Both the position numbers and the translations under genes were made by a program. The notes below the pieces were generated by a model. The model made no database searches and was not told the DNA's origin. It saw only the letters and a list, made by a program, of their open reading frames with translations. Of a DNA stretch of 64,000 nucleotides, positions 25,568-38,900 are shown one piece after another. This stretch comes from Trichoplax adhaerens (lineage: Eukaryota; Animalia; Placozoa): assembly GCF_000150275.1 (NCBI RefSeq), contig NW_002060943.1, positions 4,980,008 through 5,044,007 on the forward strand. Direction: 5' to 3'. Every line of letters begins with the position of its first letter. The stretch's first letter is position 1.

Positions 25568-28500
25568 ATGGCATCTACAAGCAACACTGGTGAATTAGAT
25601 ATAAATGTGCGTCGCACGGAAATATCTGATGCTACAAAGATTATGCAATTATTTAACTCCTCGACTGAAAAAATTTTTGGCCGCGTTAATGTCGTTCACT
25701 TGATGTAAGTATAATATGAGTAGATGTAGTATCCTGCTTAGCTTACACAATATCTTGATTCTTCTATTTCTAGAGAAAAATCAGTTCTTTCTATCACTAT
25801 TACGGATGATCAAGAAACAATGATTGGACAAGCCTCTTTTTATGATTATCCTAATATTCAGTCACACGTAGTCGAAAGATGGGAAGACTTAATAATCTCC
25901 AACCCAAAACTGGCACACTGCTCGGTAATTAAGTCTATACTTAAGTTACAAGATAGCAATTTACTTACCTCGAATAACATCTTGATTCATATTATCAATT
26001 TTACTCCTTTAGCCTCTAAATACTTTATTCCTTCATCATTTCGTCGCCCTTGAAGGCTACGCTAAAGGAGTAGCAAAAGAGATTTTTAAGTAAGTATTGA
26101 GCTCTTCCAGAATTTTAATTTTATTGATCACTTGTATAGATCAAGAGTCATTAAACCATTTATCTATCTCTTTTTATTCCATCAACATCGTAGGACATTC
26201 TTTAATGCGACACCTTACGTTCACTACTGTTTGTTGAGCGTTAAGAAAGGCACAGCTATGGGTAACTCAGCTATTCTATTAAAATCTTATGCTTGAAAAT
26301 TTGTGCTAAAATTGAAGCTGTATTAAATCACATAATCACAATAGGCGATTCCTTAAATGAAATTTTTTCGCCGACTGGATTTATCTCAAAGTTGGAGGGA
26401 AGTGAATACGAGATATTAATTTGTCACCGTCATGACCATTGCCCAACTTTACATATACGCCCTGCAAAGTACGAAATATACGGGAGACAATTTCTCGAAT
26501 GAATGATTAAATACATATGATTACAAACGCCGTAATTATTTTATCGTACTTTAATAAATTAGGGTCGAAGATCATGATGACTTAGTACCCATATTTAATC
26601 GGCAGAGTGAAGTTCTAAAAGAAACTTATGGTAAATTTCCTACCAATCCTAAATCCGTTATTATTATCAATCATTTGATGCTATACTGTACAGTATATTA
26701 TTTGGAAAATTAACTTAATGCCGCTATTGTTATTACGTACAATCCAATAGGTGATTATTTTCTAGCGGAGTTAATAGAAGCTCAAAATGAAAATAACAAG
26801 TGCATCGTAGTAGACGTAAGATCGAAAAAATAAGTATTATGAATAAAAGATAGTTATCAATGTATTATAAGACCTATTAAGTATGTCATTGTTAATCACT
26901 TAGGTTAAGGGAACTGCAGTTGGGTTTATGAGTCTGAGTAAAAACGTTAATATAGATATATTAACGTCATGCTTTGAGCTATCGCCATTTAATGGTTTGA
27001 GAAGACCTCCTGAATTTAGTAACGCTGAAAATGACGATGGAAAGCAAGCATCTGAAACCGAAGAGCCAACTGATACACCTGCTAAGACATCAAGGTATTG
27101 CGACCGATATATATGAAGGAAATATAATCTTGCTGGAATATGATTTCTAACTTAAGATTTGATAAATACTAAACTATATTTATTTTAATATCATGGATTG
27201 AACAGAGTTACATCGATCATTCAAACCGACGGTAGATATTGAATTATTATCATATCTAGACCTACAGTATATTGCTCATTAACTCATTTAATGTTTAAAT
27301 GTTTTTTTTATCGCAATGATCAAAACTTGTCAAAAAATCAGACCATGATTCCAAAAAGGACGATAGGAAGCATTCCACTAAAGGGTAAGTTAATTTTAAT
27401 TACTAACTGTTCAAATTTATAAACCTATAAAGAAATACCGCCACCTGTATTTGTTTCATAATGTAACATCTATTAAATGACTTTCAGACTCCATGATATC
27501 TTTTCACGTCCACCAACTAGAGGTTTGTATTTTTATGTAGTGTAAGACATGAACTAGACGATACTGCTGAATAGCAAATCTGAAACTAAAGAAAAGTATG
27601 ATCTATCTAATCTATAGGAAGTACTATAACTATTGGAACAGATACTAGTGACGTACACTTTAAATCAAAACTTGCTGATGTTTATGACGACGATGACGGG
27701 TAAATGTGTTAATAAAGCAATATAGCTTAATCTCGCTTATTTTATCAATCTTAACATTATTTTATATCTCAATACTCCTTTCTAACGGATATAAAATTAC
27801 GATACAAATTTATAGAAGTTCTTTTGATGGCAGTGAGGAATTCTCTGAGCACAGTGGCTCAGAATCAGTCCAGGTACATAAATATTTCTAGAAAATTGTG
27901 TTTTCGAATCACTAACTTCGGCATGAAAAATGCCTTTAAATTTTAGTCACTAAGATCACGGAATGATATGGAAGCTCAAGCTCTGGTGAGTTAAAAAATA
28001 TATCTGTAATTATTAAGCACTATACACTAAATCTATTATCCTTAAAGAGTTTGACACATTCTTTGTTAATACATATACGCTAGCAATCAATGCACGGAAA
28101 ATTTAAAATACTTTTTATTACAGGATATAAAAGGAATTGATCGCGCATCTAGTGCACCAGTCTATCAAGGAACTCCGTCCGTTATTTGCATTCAATTATA
28201 TTGTATAGACGAAAAGTATGAAACAAGGTAAGTCGATTATTAAAGGGTAGTATATAACGGCATTTAATTATAATCACTAATGACTGAAATTGAATATAAA
28301 AACAGATCACTAGACTTCATTACAGCGGCTTTTGATTTCTTCCCGGTATGTACCCTTAATTTAAAATTTTTATCCTGCTATTTGATATCTAATTTGACAA
28401 AATTAATAATTTTATGGACTAGAATGTCGATTATTGCGTCATCACTGTACCACATTTGGTTCCGGAATTTCCTTTACTGCAACATTTCACGGTAAGCTAG

Positions 28501-31500
28501 GAACAGTAATTTAGAAAGCAAATTGTAGAAATGGCTGATTTCTAAATATTTTACGCAGAGAGTAACTCCTAAGCCTAGAAGTACCTTTCCTCAAGAACTC
28601 TATCTTTTTCATCACTATGGTTTAATCAAGTAAATAGTAAATCACAGCATTTGAAATGATGTAAAAGTCCGTGATCTAACGTTCATCTACTTTATTGTTT
28701 AGCTCCATGAAAGTCAGAAACGTAAAAGTCGAAGATGTTGAAACTATTTCTAAACTTGTACAAAACACAACAGGCAAAGACATGCTATTAAGGTATTAAA
28801 ATACCGTGCACATTCATGAAATGATCTTGTTAATTCCCACTAATCTTCCATCAATCTGATCACTTTCTAATAGGGACATTAATTTATACAACATGGCTCG
28901 CCGCGATCCGGTGAGTTGACAACCTTTATCTTTAACATCAAAATATTAAAATATTGCCTTAAAATTTATTATACTGATTTGATCCTAAGTATTTGGTAGA
29001 ACGACTTATAATGACTTAATAGATTTTAGCAAAATTTCCAAAATTGTTTATTTTAAAACCATTAAACACAAGCCTTGAATAATGTTAAATAAATAAATTT
29101 AACTATATTACCAGGATGGAACAGACATCAAAGCCTATGTTGCTGTCTGTCTAAATCAACCTGTAGGTGTTGCAGTTATTAGAAAGGAAGAGGTAAAGAT
29201 TTATATGATATTAAAAATAAATGGCGAGTTGTAATGCAAATGTTAGCTAAATTCAATGCTAATGACGCTTTCCAATTTCATATTACTTTCAGAACATAGA
29301 GTATATTCGATCCCACTACAACATCGAAGATTTTATTTATTATAATCATTATATGAGGGAGGAACACGGCCACTTACATCATTTCGTCTTGAATCCCATC
29401 TACTCCCACTTTTCCAAATACTTTATTCAGGTAATAATCATCTACAGGTTAAGAAATTTATAAGCAGTTGCAGATCAATACTGGTAATCAAAAATTACTT
29501 AATAATTTTTATGGGGTATACATTTCAACTGGAACTTTAAGATTGAAAAGCTACGATACTTCGCGAATAATTATCGAGACAGAGAAAAGTAAATCTTAAC
29601 CTTGATATTCTCTCTATTAATTAGGAAATTTTGCGATTATCGAAGAAGAATGCTATTTATTACCCGATATATCCACCGTATGTTCAGTTAAACGAAACCA
29701 AGCCTCATTCATTAGCATCATGTTTAGCTAACATGGTGCCCATTAGGTATGGAGGATGAAAACTGCTTTTACCTTGTATTCATATTCTATCAGCATTTGA
29801 TACCGTAACCATGAATGACTTTGTCTAATTAGGGCTCGAAGACAAGTTCAATACGTAGTCGATGAATTAAAGCATAACGCTCCGTCTAATCGAATTTTGC
29901 AACAAATGGTAATCAAGACCAAGATGCAATTACAATGTTAACATTAGTTTGGTCTAATGAAACAATATTAAATTAATTAAATCCTTTGTTATTATATCGC
30001 AGGATAACTACATGTTGTTTCACATTAATAAGAAGTTGGTCATGGAACCAAAGATTACGATTAATGCCAGAATCATCGTTGTTGGAGCATCTGATGTGGG
30101 TGTATCTTTCCTGGAAAAACTTATTTTTAGGTACTGTAGTATAGGCTAATATCCATAGAACTCAAACTTTTAGCCCAGCTTCTTTTAAAATGCAATAGAA
30201 CGATCCTTGAATATTTTATTTAGCCCCCACATGAGATTTAACAATCTCAAACTGATCAGCCCTAATGGCATTCCAGGCCAACTAAAACCTAATTCGTTAA
30301 GGAATCAATTTTTAGCTGACAGGTAAGATATATGAGTAATAGCCACGTATTTAATATTAATAAAGATCTACAAATATATATATAAAATTGATGAGTTTAA
30401 ATGGCTTAATCTGATTTAGCTACTGTTATACGCAACAAAACTACGACCAGATCGCTTTACATTCATGGGTTAGCGTTATAAAAGGAGAGGTCAAAGCCAT
30501 AAATAGGTTAAAAATCAGCAAAGATGAATACTATTCAGTTCTAACTATACATTTATCTTGTAAACATTTAAGTGCTGCACTGCTCAATCTACTTAATTAA
30601 ACCTTAACAAATTTGCAGTATAATACTGAAGTAAGTTTATTATTCTTAATTACAATCAATCTTATATTAGGAAAAGTAAATATGTGGTGGTAGGAAACGA
30701 TACGAAAGTCATGTATGATCATTTAATCTTGTGTACTGGCTGCCGCTACCAATATTCATGCCCTACTGGTGTTAATGTCGATGAGAATGTCGTAAACAAC
30801 GAAACTACTGTACCTTATCGATATTTCGGACCAAAATATAGCAATATTTTCACATTAAATGATCAGTTCGATTGTCAAGCATTTCTTGATTGGTTAGAAG
30901 AACAAGACTTTATCAATCGTCGAGGTATATTTTACTTAGGTTGCTATAGCTATTAAATAATTTTTTATCTGCATAATATTAATTGAGCTATATTAATAAT
31001 ACTCGTAAATATCAGTAGAGATAGGTATCAATTACGTCTTGTTCACTCTATTAGCTCATAGTTACAATGCTTTAAAACTCATAATTAGGCAATTTTTCCA
31101 TTTGCACTTATAGGTAATGTTAACTCAGCCTTCTTAATACTCGTAAAAATTAGTAGAGATAGGTATCAAGTACATCTATCTAATTCAACTAATTAGTTCA
31201 TGGCTACAGTACTTTGAAACTTCATAATTGCATAATACAATTATCAAACATTAATTAATATAAGGAGCTAGATGATTCTAGAGACGATTGTTATATTAAA
31301 ACTATATCATATTGCCAAATTTATTTCAAAGCAATTATAATTCGTTAGCCAATAAACGAGTCTTATAAATTGTCTAAATAACACCAATAGTGGTACAGCT
31401 TCCCTTTTGCTATGGTATCATAGAGTTAAACTTGTTATTATTATGTAATTATTTATGATTTAATATTACACGATATTTAATGTGGACGATGCATGCAGTA

Positions 31501-33781
31501 ATGAATAATTCCTTTTCTATTTAGATCACGTATGCATTTACGGCAGCACTATTGATGCTTATACCACAGTCCAAGCTTTACTAGAATACGGAATCGAAGG
31601 CTCAAGAATTATTCTAATTCATCCGCCGGCAGCATCTCCTATAAATTGTTTCAATAACAGTATAGTAGAAGAAGTAGTTTTAAAAGGATTGAAAGAAGCT
31701 GGTAAATATAGGACATAATTTAGTTATAAAATGCTGTAGCAATTCGATAATCTACTTGAGATTATGAGAACATCTCGTTCTAAAATTTGGATATCTTTTT
31801 CATACTTCATAAGGCATCACAGTACATCATGACTTGATATTGGCTAGATGGGAAATTGATGAATCTAACGAAACAGTGGTTGGCGCTAGTTTTACTTCTG
31901 ATAATAAACCAGTCCAAATCTCATGTTCGGCTTTCATTTGCTTTAGCAAACTTGGCATTGACTACTCTATTTTTAAAGGTTTTTATTTCATCTTATTGAA
32001 TCTTTACAACCAACTATAGTGCAGATAATTCTTGAATTTAAATTCAAAAGACTCACCATTATGCCTAATGATAATCAATTCTTATCTACGTTACTAGCTA
32101 TCAACGATTCATGCTTGGTCTACGATGGGAGATTAGTCATTGATTCTAGCTATCGAACAAATGATCCTTGCATTTGGGCCGCTGGACCAATGACCAAGTT
32201 TGCACGCAGATATCATGCAGAGGCTTGGACTCATGCTAATTTTAATTCTAAAGAAGTTGGACTCAAGGTTGAAATAGCAAATCTAATCGCCTTTTTCAAT
32301 ATATGATTAACTGATTTAGCGAAATTAGCGAATACGGATCGCTATATCTTATTCTTTATTGCATTATATTCTTACCCTTTCTTTGCTAGTTGGCTGAAAC
32401 CGTTCTAAGCATATTAGACCCTATGCTTGAATCAGAAGCTCCAGATGCACAACCTGATATTATCCCGGTATATAACCATCCGAAGACATTCCTTACGAAA
32501 CTACCAGGTAGCTTAATCTATTAATTGAATTGTCAAAGTTTTAAAAGTACAAATTCCGCCATACTATAACAAAAATTCATGGCAAATTCTGTATTTAAAT
32601 TATTTGATACCCTGAAGTAATGGAAACTTTTAAGATCTAGCAGTGGATGGATGATATATAACCAATATATTTGTTTTAAAATCTTAAACAGGAAATTACA
32701 CATATCTTCATACTGGTAAACCTTCCCTAAATATATCTCTCGATTCAATGATGGTCCAACCAAATTACGTAAGTTAAAGACTTTAGAAGAATCACAAATA
32801 GCTTTTGTTATCTTATACCAAATAATTAAAGCTAGGAATATATAACTTCATCTTAGGGCCATGTATTAGTCACTGGTAGCCATACAGTGGATACTCAAGG
32901 GTATTTTAGACTGCATATAAATCAATATCGATCAGTAGAAACTGTAACCTGTTTGAGCAAAAATGTAAGCTACTCTGTGGATAGAACATGCTACACTGCA
33001 TAAAAACATGATTAAAATAGCCTAAATCATCCTTAAGTAATGGTAAAATAATCTTGTAATTCCTTTTTTATAATAGGAAATTAAAGTAAATAACCTGCTA
33101 TCACTTTATGGTATTCATGAAAAGTTTCTTAATAACGTTCTATCACGTTATAAAGAAGGCCTTGTTTCCGACTTTTATCAGTAAGGAGTAGAACCTGTTA
33201 TAACAACTTACATTTATCTCCTCAACAATAGTATAAAGAACATGGCGCTAAATTAAGCTTTAAAATATTACAAGTTTAGATAATAATTCCTTGTTATTAT
33301 ATTGAAAGGTACTTCAATGAACCGTGGGCTACAGCAATCTTTCATGACCGCTTTCATGATTTCCGTGAAGAAATCAAAGAAATCCTATTTAATAAACAGG
33401 TAGACTTATTTATTCGAGCTAAATAATCTAGTAGTGGGCTATAAACTGCAATTTCCAGAATGAAATAACAGAATCTTTAAATAATAATTTCTTCTTAGGT
33501 TGAAGAAGAATCGGACGAAACATTTGAACTGAAAATACGCAAACTATTGGACGAAGATTTTACTGTAAGTTATCTTCTCTATAACTAGAATAAATTTAGT
33601 TTTTAACATTAAATTTCACCGTTCGGTTCCCTTTCTTTCGCAGTTTACCAAAAAAGAACTACAACAACTTGGTGAAGATTATATTAAAAGTTGCAAGAGT
33701 TCAACAGAGAAGCGCTTATTAACATATTTAAGTTATAACACCTATCACTTGCCCATGTATGCGAAACCAGGAATAGTTTAA
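25568..33781 (+). CDS. CFAP61: cilia- and flagella-associated protein 61, ~38 exons
   Basis: ATG at 25568 (MASTSNTGELDINVRRTE...). The spliced frame stays open through 38 GT-AG exons to TAA at 33779-33781. Recognised motifs: QASFYDYPN, PLNTLFLH, ICHRHDHCPTLHIRPAKVEDHDDLVPIF, ETYGDYFLAELIEAQ, YIRSHYNIEDFIYY, EPKITINARIIVVGASDVG (Rossmann-like), YDHLILCTG, AINDSCLVYDGRLVID, IWAAGPMTKFARRY and C-terminal YHLPMYAKPGIV. It accounts for the ORF-track fragments at 25820, 26293, 26928, 27706, 28280, 30684, 31834 and 32019. Confidence 0.95.
30997..31229 (+). repeat. intronic direct duplication (~90-bp core x2) in CFAP61
   Basis: TAATACTCGTAAA..AGTAGAGATAGGTATCAA...CATAATT at about 30997 and about 31136, inside the longest CFAP61 intron. 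Confidence 0.8.
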
Positions 33782-35938
33782 AATTTAAATGAAATAATGA
33801 TCATCTCGATTAGCTTACTAAATGAGGTAATAAGAATTTTGATGGCACGATAACTTAAGGAAAGAGCAATCTTCAAATCTTATCAATGTCTCCTTTCCAT
33901 TAGAAGTAAAAGTTTACTTTATTCATCAGTAATTCTTCTACTAAAATTCCAGTGACGTCTACGTCACTTAACTAAGTAAAATACTTACTTACTTAAATCT
34001 CAAAAAAGAATTTTAATGTATGTATAACTAGCAAGTTTAAATAATCAGATGGCTTTAACGCGAATCTGCGTAAATTAATCTTAATTCAATTTCGAACGTA
34101 TATCGAGTAAATTAGTTATTTCAATGCAAACAATTGTGCCTTTTCTGATGCAATGATTTGAAAAGAATTGAATAGCTTTAGATCAATTTTTAGCTCGAAA
34201 ATGGCTTTTAATGTTACCAGTGTTAAAAAGTAGGGATTTTAAGCATCGTTTTTTCTAATAGTAATTTACATCATTTGTTTGTCGTTACAACTTAGTAAAA
34301 ATTAATAAAGTAGAAAATTGGCTTTATGAATAAATTCTATATATATTTAAATTAGCAGAATGCAGTATTATTAACCTCAAACTACTAGATTTACATTGAT
34401 AAATTCTGCATAATAGTCTGTCTAGCAGGTAATATGCTTACGTAGGCATGTTGGCTTCAGACTTTTTTGTTTCTCTAGTTAAGAACTCTACTTTGCAACT
34501 CCGATAGATTTGGAAAGTATTATAATCAATTTATGAATTTATTGGAAATTGAGGAATGATCATTTTATCCGTATTTGATCTGAATAATAGTCAGTCTTTC
34601 ATTAGAGGATCAATTGGTGCTTAGATAACTACTACGTTTAGAGTGTATATCTTACTTCGGTAAGAAATATGCGTTTAACTGTAATACCTAGGTAGTAACA
34701 GGGTTGTTATGGATCGAAATTGGCAGTTAAGATGCCAAACTGTAGGCGGACAGTACCAGTAAATTAGTTGTTTCTTTTGACGCTAAAACTTAATATATAA
34801 TAGCTGTAGATTTGACAGAATTTTAGATTCAAGTAATGCTTGTCATTTTCTTTTCTAATTATGGCAATTAAGCCAATTCCATAAAAAAAATTGCTACAAC
34901 AGTACAGCTTTTCTTCCCTGTAATAAACTACACAGATCCAGATTCTGCTCTTTTGAAGGAGAATTAATTATAAGAGTGCCACACAATCTACATGCAGTAT
35001 TAACACTATGATTTCGTTTCTCTCCAAAGCCTAATCATAAAATATATTTACTTATTGTCCTATAAAGTCATACAGCACTTTTAAACTGACGATGTAAATA
35101 TATTTCAACCATCATGACTGAGTAAATCTATTACAGATGCATGTAATATAAGAAAGAAGTAAATCCATTAGTATAATTTTTGCATTATTTTATTGTACAG
35201 ATTAATTGCGGCCGTCATTTACTAATAGCGTACAAAGCAAATAAAATATAGAACATCAATAAAAGATACGGTACCCGCTATGATCCATGATAATTTTGAT
35301 TAGCTTTAGGTCAAGGCAAACAATTATGTTGATTTTCAAATGGTCACTATTCATCATTAACTAAGTAAGTATTATATCTTGTAAAGGAATAATAAGAAGC
35401 TTCCAGTAATTACCTTAACTGAAGTACATTTAGTTGTTAATAAAGGCACTGCTAGCGTAGAACGCAACGAAAAGCTAGAATGTTTGCAACCTTAACTTGC
35501 TAAAATCAATTGAAACTCTATGACTCTAAGATATTTTAGTACTGCCAGTAGTATCACGTTCATTAAACAACTTTTGGATCTGCAAACTAGTTTTGAAAAA
35601 TGATCACGTCATTCTACCCTTATTTCATCAATTATCGTCATTCTGGAAGAAATTTTTGAAACAGAATTAATACTGTTGGAATTACAAGAGATTCGCTTTC
35701 CTTATAGATGAGCCTTTCAGTGGCCAAATTGAGAACAGAAGAATAGATAAAAAAAATTGGACACCAGCTGAACAATTGTTGAAACTACAGAAGTAGAGCA
35801 CGTTAAAATTTGAAATTAAAGCGATAGTCACCTTATACTTGGACTATACCCATTTGAGTCACATTAATATCGTTAATAATGAATAAATCAGTAGCAAAGC
35901 ATCAAGTAAATTATTTGGCAAAAACTAGCTGGAAACTT

Positions 35939-38900
35939 TTAACCTTCTTTATCGGTTCGAACTTGCTCTAATTCAGTTTCATTAGCTGGAGCAACCGATG
36001 ATTTCCTGATTTCGTCCCATCGCATTTCGATGAAAAACATGTACATACCACCACCAACAATAGCTCCGAGTATAGGTCCGACAATGGGCACCCAGAACCA
36101 ATAATTTCCATTACTAAACATCATCACACGGGTAGAAATGAAGAATATATTATATTATTCCTTTTCGCTTTATACTGTAGTTTAATCAATATGATACAGA
36201 GTGAAAGATATCGAAACTAACATATAGTTTTATCAAAGAAACGAAGTACTGCAAGGTTATCATCTCACTTATATTGTTTTACGCCAATATTTATCTAACA
36301 TTGAACAAGTAATAACTGCAAATAAAATATAATTTTATCGGAGAAAAGAATACTGCAAGATTATCATTTCACTCATATTACTTTACGCCTATATTTATCT
36401 CTTATTGAGTAGATAATTGTTATCAATCAAATGCTATTCGGTGAGAACGTAAAAATGCTACAAGCTCATCATCTCGTTAGTATTTACTGTACGACATAGA
36501 TGCAGCTTTAAAAAGGGATAATTGATTACTAGTAGCTATTGCTAAATTTTGATAGTGCACGAAGTAAAGAGGTTAGGGTTAGGGTTTGCAAATATGAATA
36601 CCATTTTCTTTACCCTATTTTAAGACTAACTTAGATATAAATCCGAATTAAGCGTATTTAACTACTAGTATATAATAGAGTGCATATAAGCTTGTATGTT
36701 TGCTTAGCTTATGCATTTGCTGCTAACTTCGCAGAAGCAATAAGCGTTGATTACAAACAAATTAAAGAATCCAATTATAGTAACAATCCAGTGGTATACA
36801 ATCAAAACTATTCAATATTTTAGGTTTAAGGCATATATGAAAATCATAAACTTACACAAAAGTGGGTGTACCCCAACCAGCAATTAAAGTCCACAATCGT
36901 GGTGCAAAATCACGAGCAGGATTGATGGCATAACCACAATTTAAGCCAAAAGTATCGCCAATGTTCAAAACAACAAAGCCAATAAGTAAAGGCTTCAAGT
37001 AATCTGGAGGAGCCCAGTTTTTATCATCAACCAATGCAAAGACACATAGAGCTAATAGGCCGGTACCAACAATCTAAATAGAATAATTACAATTAGACAG
37101 AATTACTCCAAAAAACCAGCAGAATGATAACTGCTTGAGTCTTATTACTCATATAAAATTGTCAAATTAAACTCAGTTTCTATTGTAATCTAAATATACC
37201 AGAACTAATCCTGGCCATAAGTAAAATATGATAAAATGTTATCTCTCTAGAGTATTCATAGTTTAATCATTGCTACAGCCTTAAAAAAGATCTATAGCCA
37301 AAGAAGAATAAAAGCTTTAAGCCATAAATTTGCACTCTGGAAATAATCTCTTACACCAATCTGTGTAAGAGACTTAAGGCCATTTACTAAATATTGCAAC
37401 ACTATAGCTGATGCCCCACTGTAATACTATTGTATAAGATATTGTCGAGAAACAAGACCTTATACAACGTTAAAATTTGTAAGATTGTCATAATACGTGG
37501 TAGAAACTCATCACTTTGATTATGTTCACATTAAACTATGTAAATTTCGACTTCATCAGCTAAAACGAACCTGATCGAAAAATCCTGCAGCAGTACTCAA
37601 ATAGGGTTGTGGATATGTTGCCCAGATCTGAGCGGTAGCATTAACATGGGGTGGCGTTTGGCGAACTCCACCATCATAAGCATTAATACCCTCTGTATAA
37701 AACAATTGAATAAAATTAATTATTAACGGTAAATATCCATCTCTAATACAACAGAATCGATTATAGATCCGCAGATCGAATTTCCGTTAAGGATAGCTGA
37801 ACGCTGGCTAAACTATCACACGACTAGAAATCGATAAATTGTGCGTAAAAATTTGCTTAAACTATTCTTCAAATGAAATAATTAAATTTATCGCTAATTA
37901 CCGATATAGATGGCATGGCAAACCGCTGATGCAATGAATGAGCCCAACATTTGAGCTGTAATGTACATCGGAACTTTTCTCCAAGGAAACTTCTTGTAGA
38001 CAGCTAAAGCAATAGTCATAGCTGGATTCATATGAGCACCAGTTACATTACCAGCTACATAACAACCAAATGTTACACCCAAGCCCCAACCAAAATTAAT
38101 GGACAAAAAGTCACCGAAATTGCCCTTTCCTAAAACCACTTGAGCCACAGAGCCAATACCAAAAGTCTTAAATAAATTAAAAATTATTACTTGAATCAGT
38201 TGATATCACATTATCAATTCCACATCTTTTCATAGGTCAAAATCGTATTTTCTGTAATGTAAAAACACGTGTATCACATTTTAACTATTAAGTTCACCAA
38301 ATTAAAGTTATATAGCAATTCACTAGTAAATGAAAATACTTTTAATCATATATGCGTATTTATGTAATCATTCATTTTTCCTGGTTAGCACACAAGCAAG
38401 TATACGGCCAGCTATTGATATTAAAACTGTACGCAAAATTAATTTCATATATTCTTTTACTCGCTATAGACTACACGTAATTCCAGTTATATTAACGCTA
38501 AATAAACGTTTCTATAACAGGAAATCAACATCGCATAGGGATTTATTCTGAAAAAACACCTGCGTAAGGCAGAGCTTTTTCCAACTTTACTAGCGTTATC
38601 CGCAAAATAAATAATAAGAAATAATTCATTCGATATATTGATAAGCTGATTATGCAATCATCTCTAGCTCCAAAGCAAATAAATGCTCAGATAGCAAAAC
38701 TAAAAATTTCGCAACTATGTATTTAAAAATTGGTTTCCTTATATAATTTGGCTAACTCTAGCTAACGTCGTCACAGTTTGTCAATATTCATTAGTTAGTT
38801 CTACAATAATATTGATAAATAGCAAGCCTTACACGCCTTGTATATCACGTAGCAACACCTAAATTTATTTACATATAGGTACTGACTCGAATACAGTAAT

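Noticed and set aside
32533-32763. 76-aa minus-strand ORF
   Set aside because: Antisense to a CFAP61 exon and intron; a shadow ORF.
36571-36586. Telomere-like GGTTAGGGTTAGGGTT
   Set aside because: Only two full TTAGGG units; too short to call an interstitial telomeric sequence.
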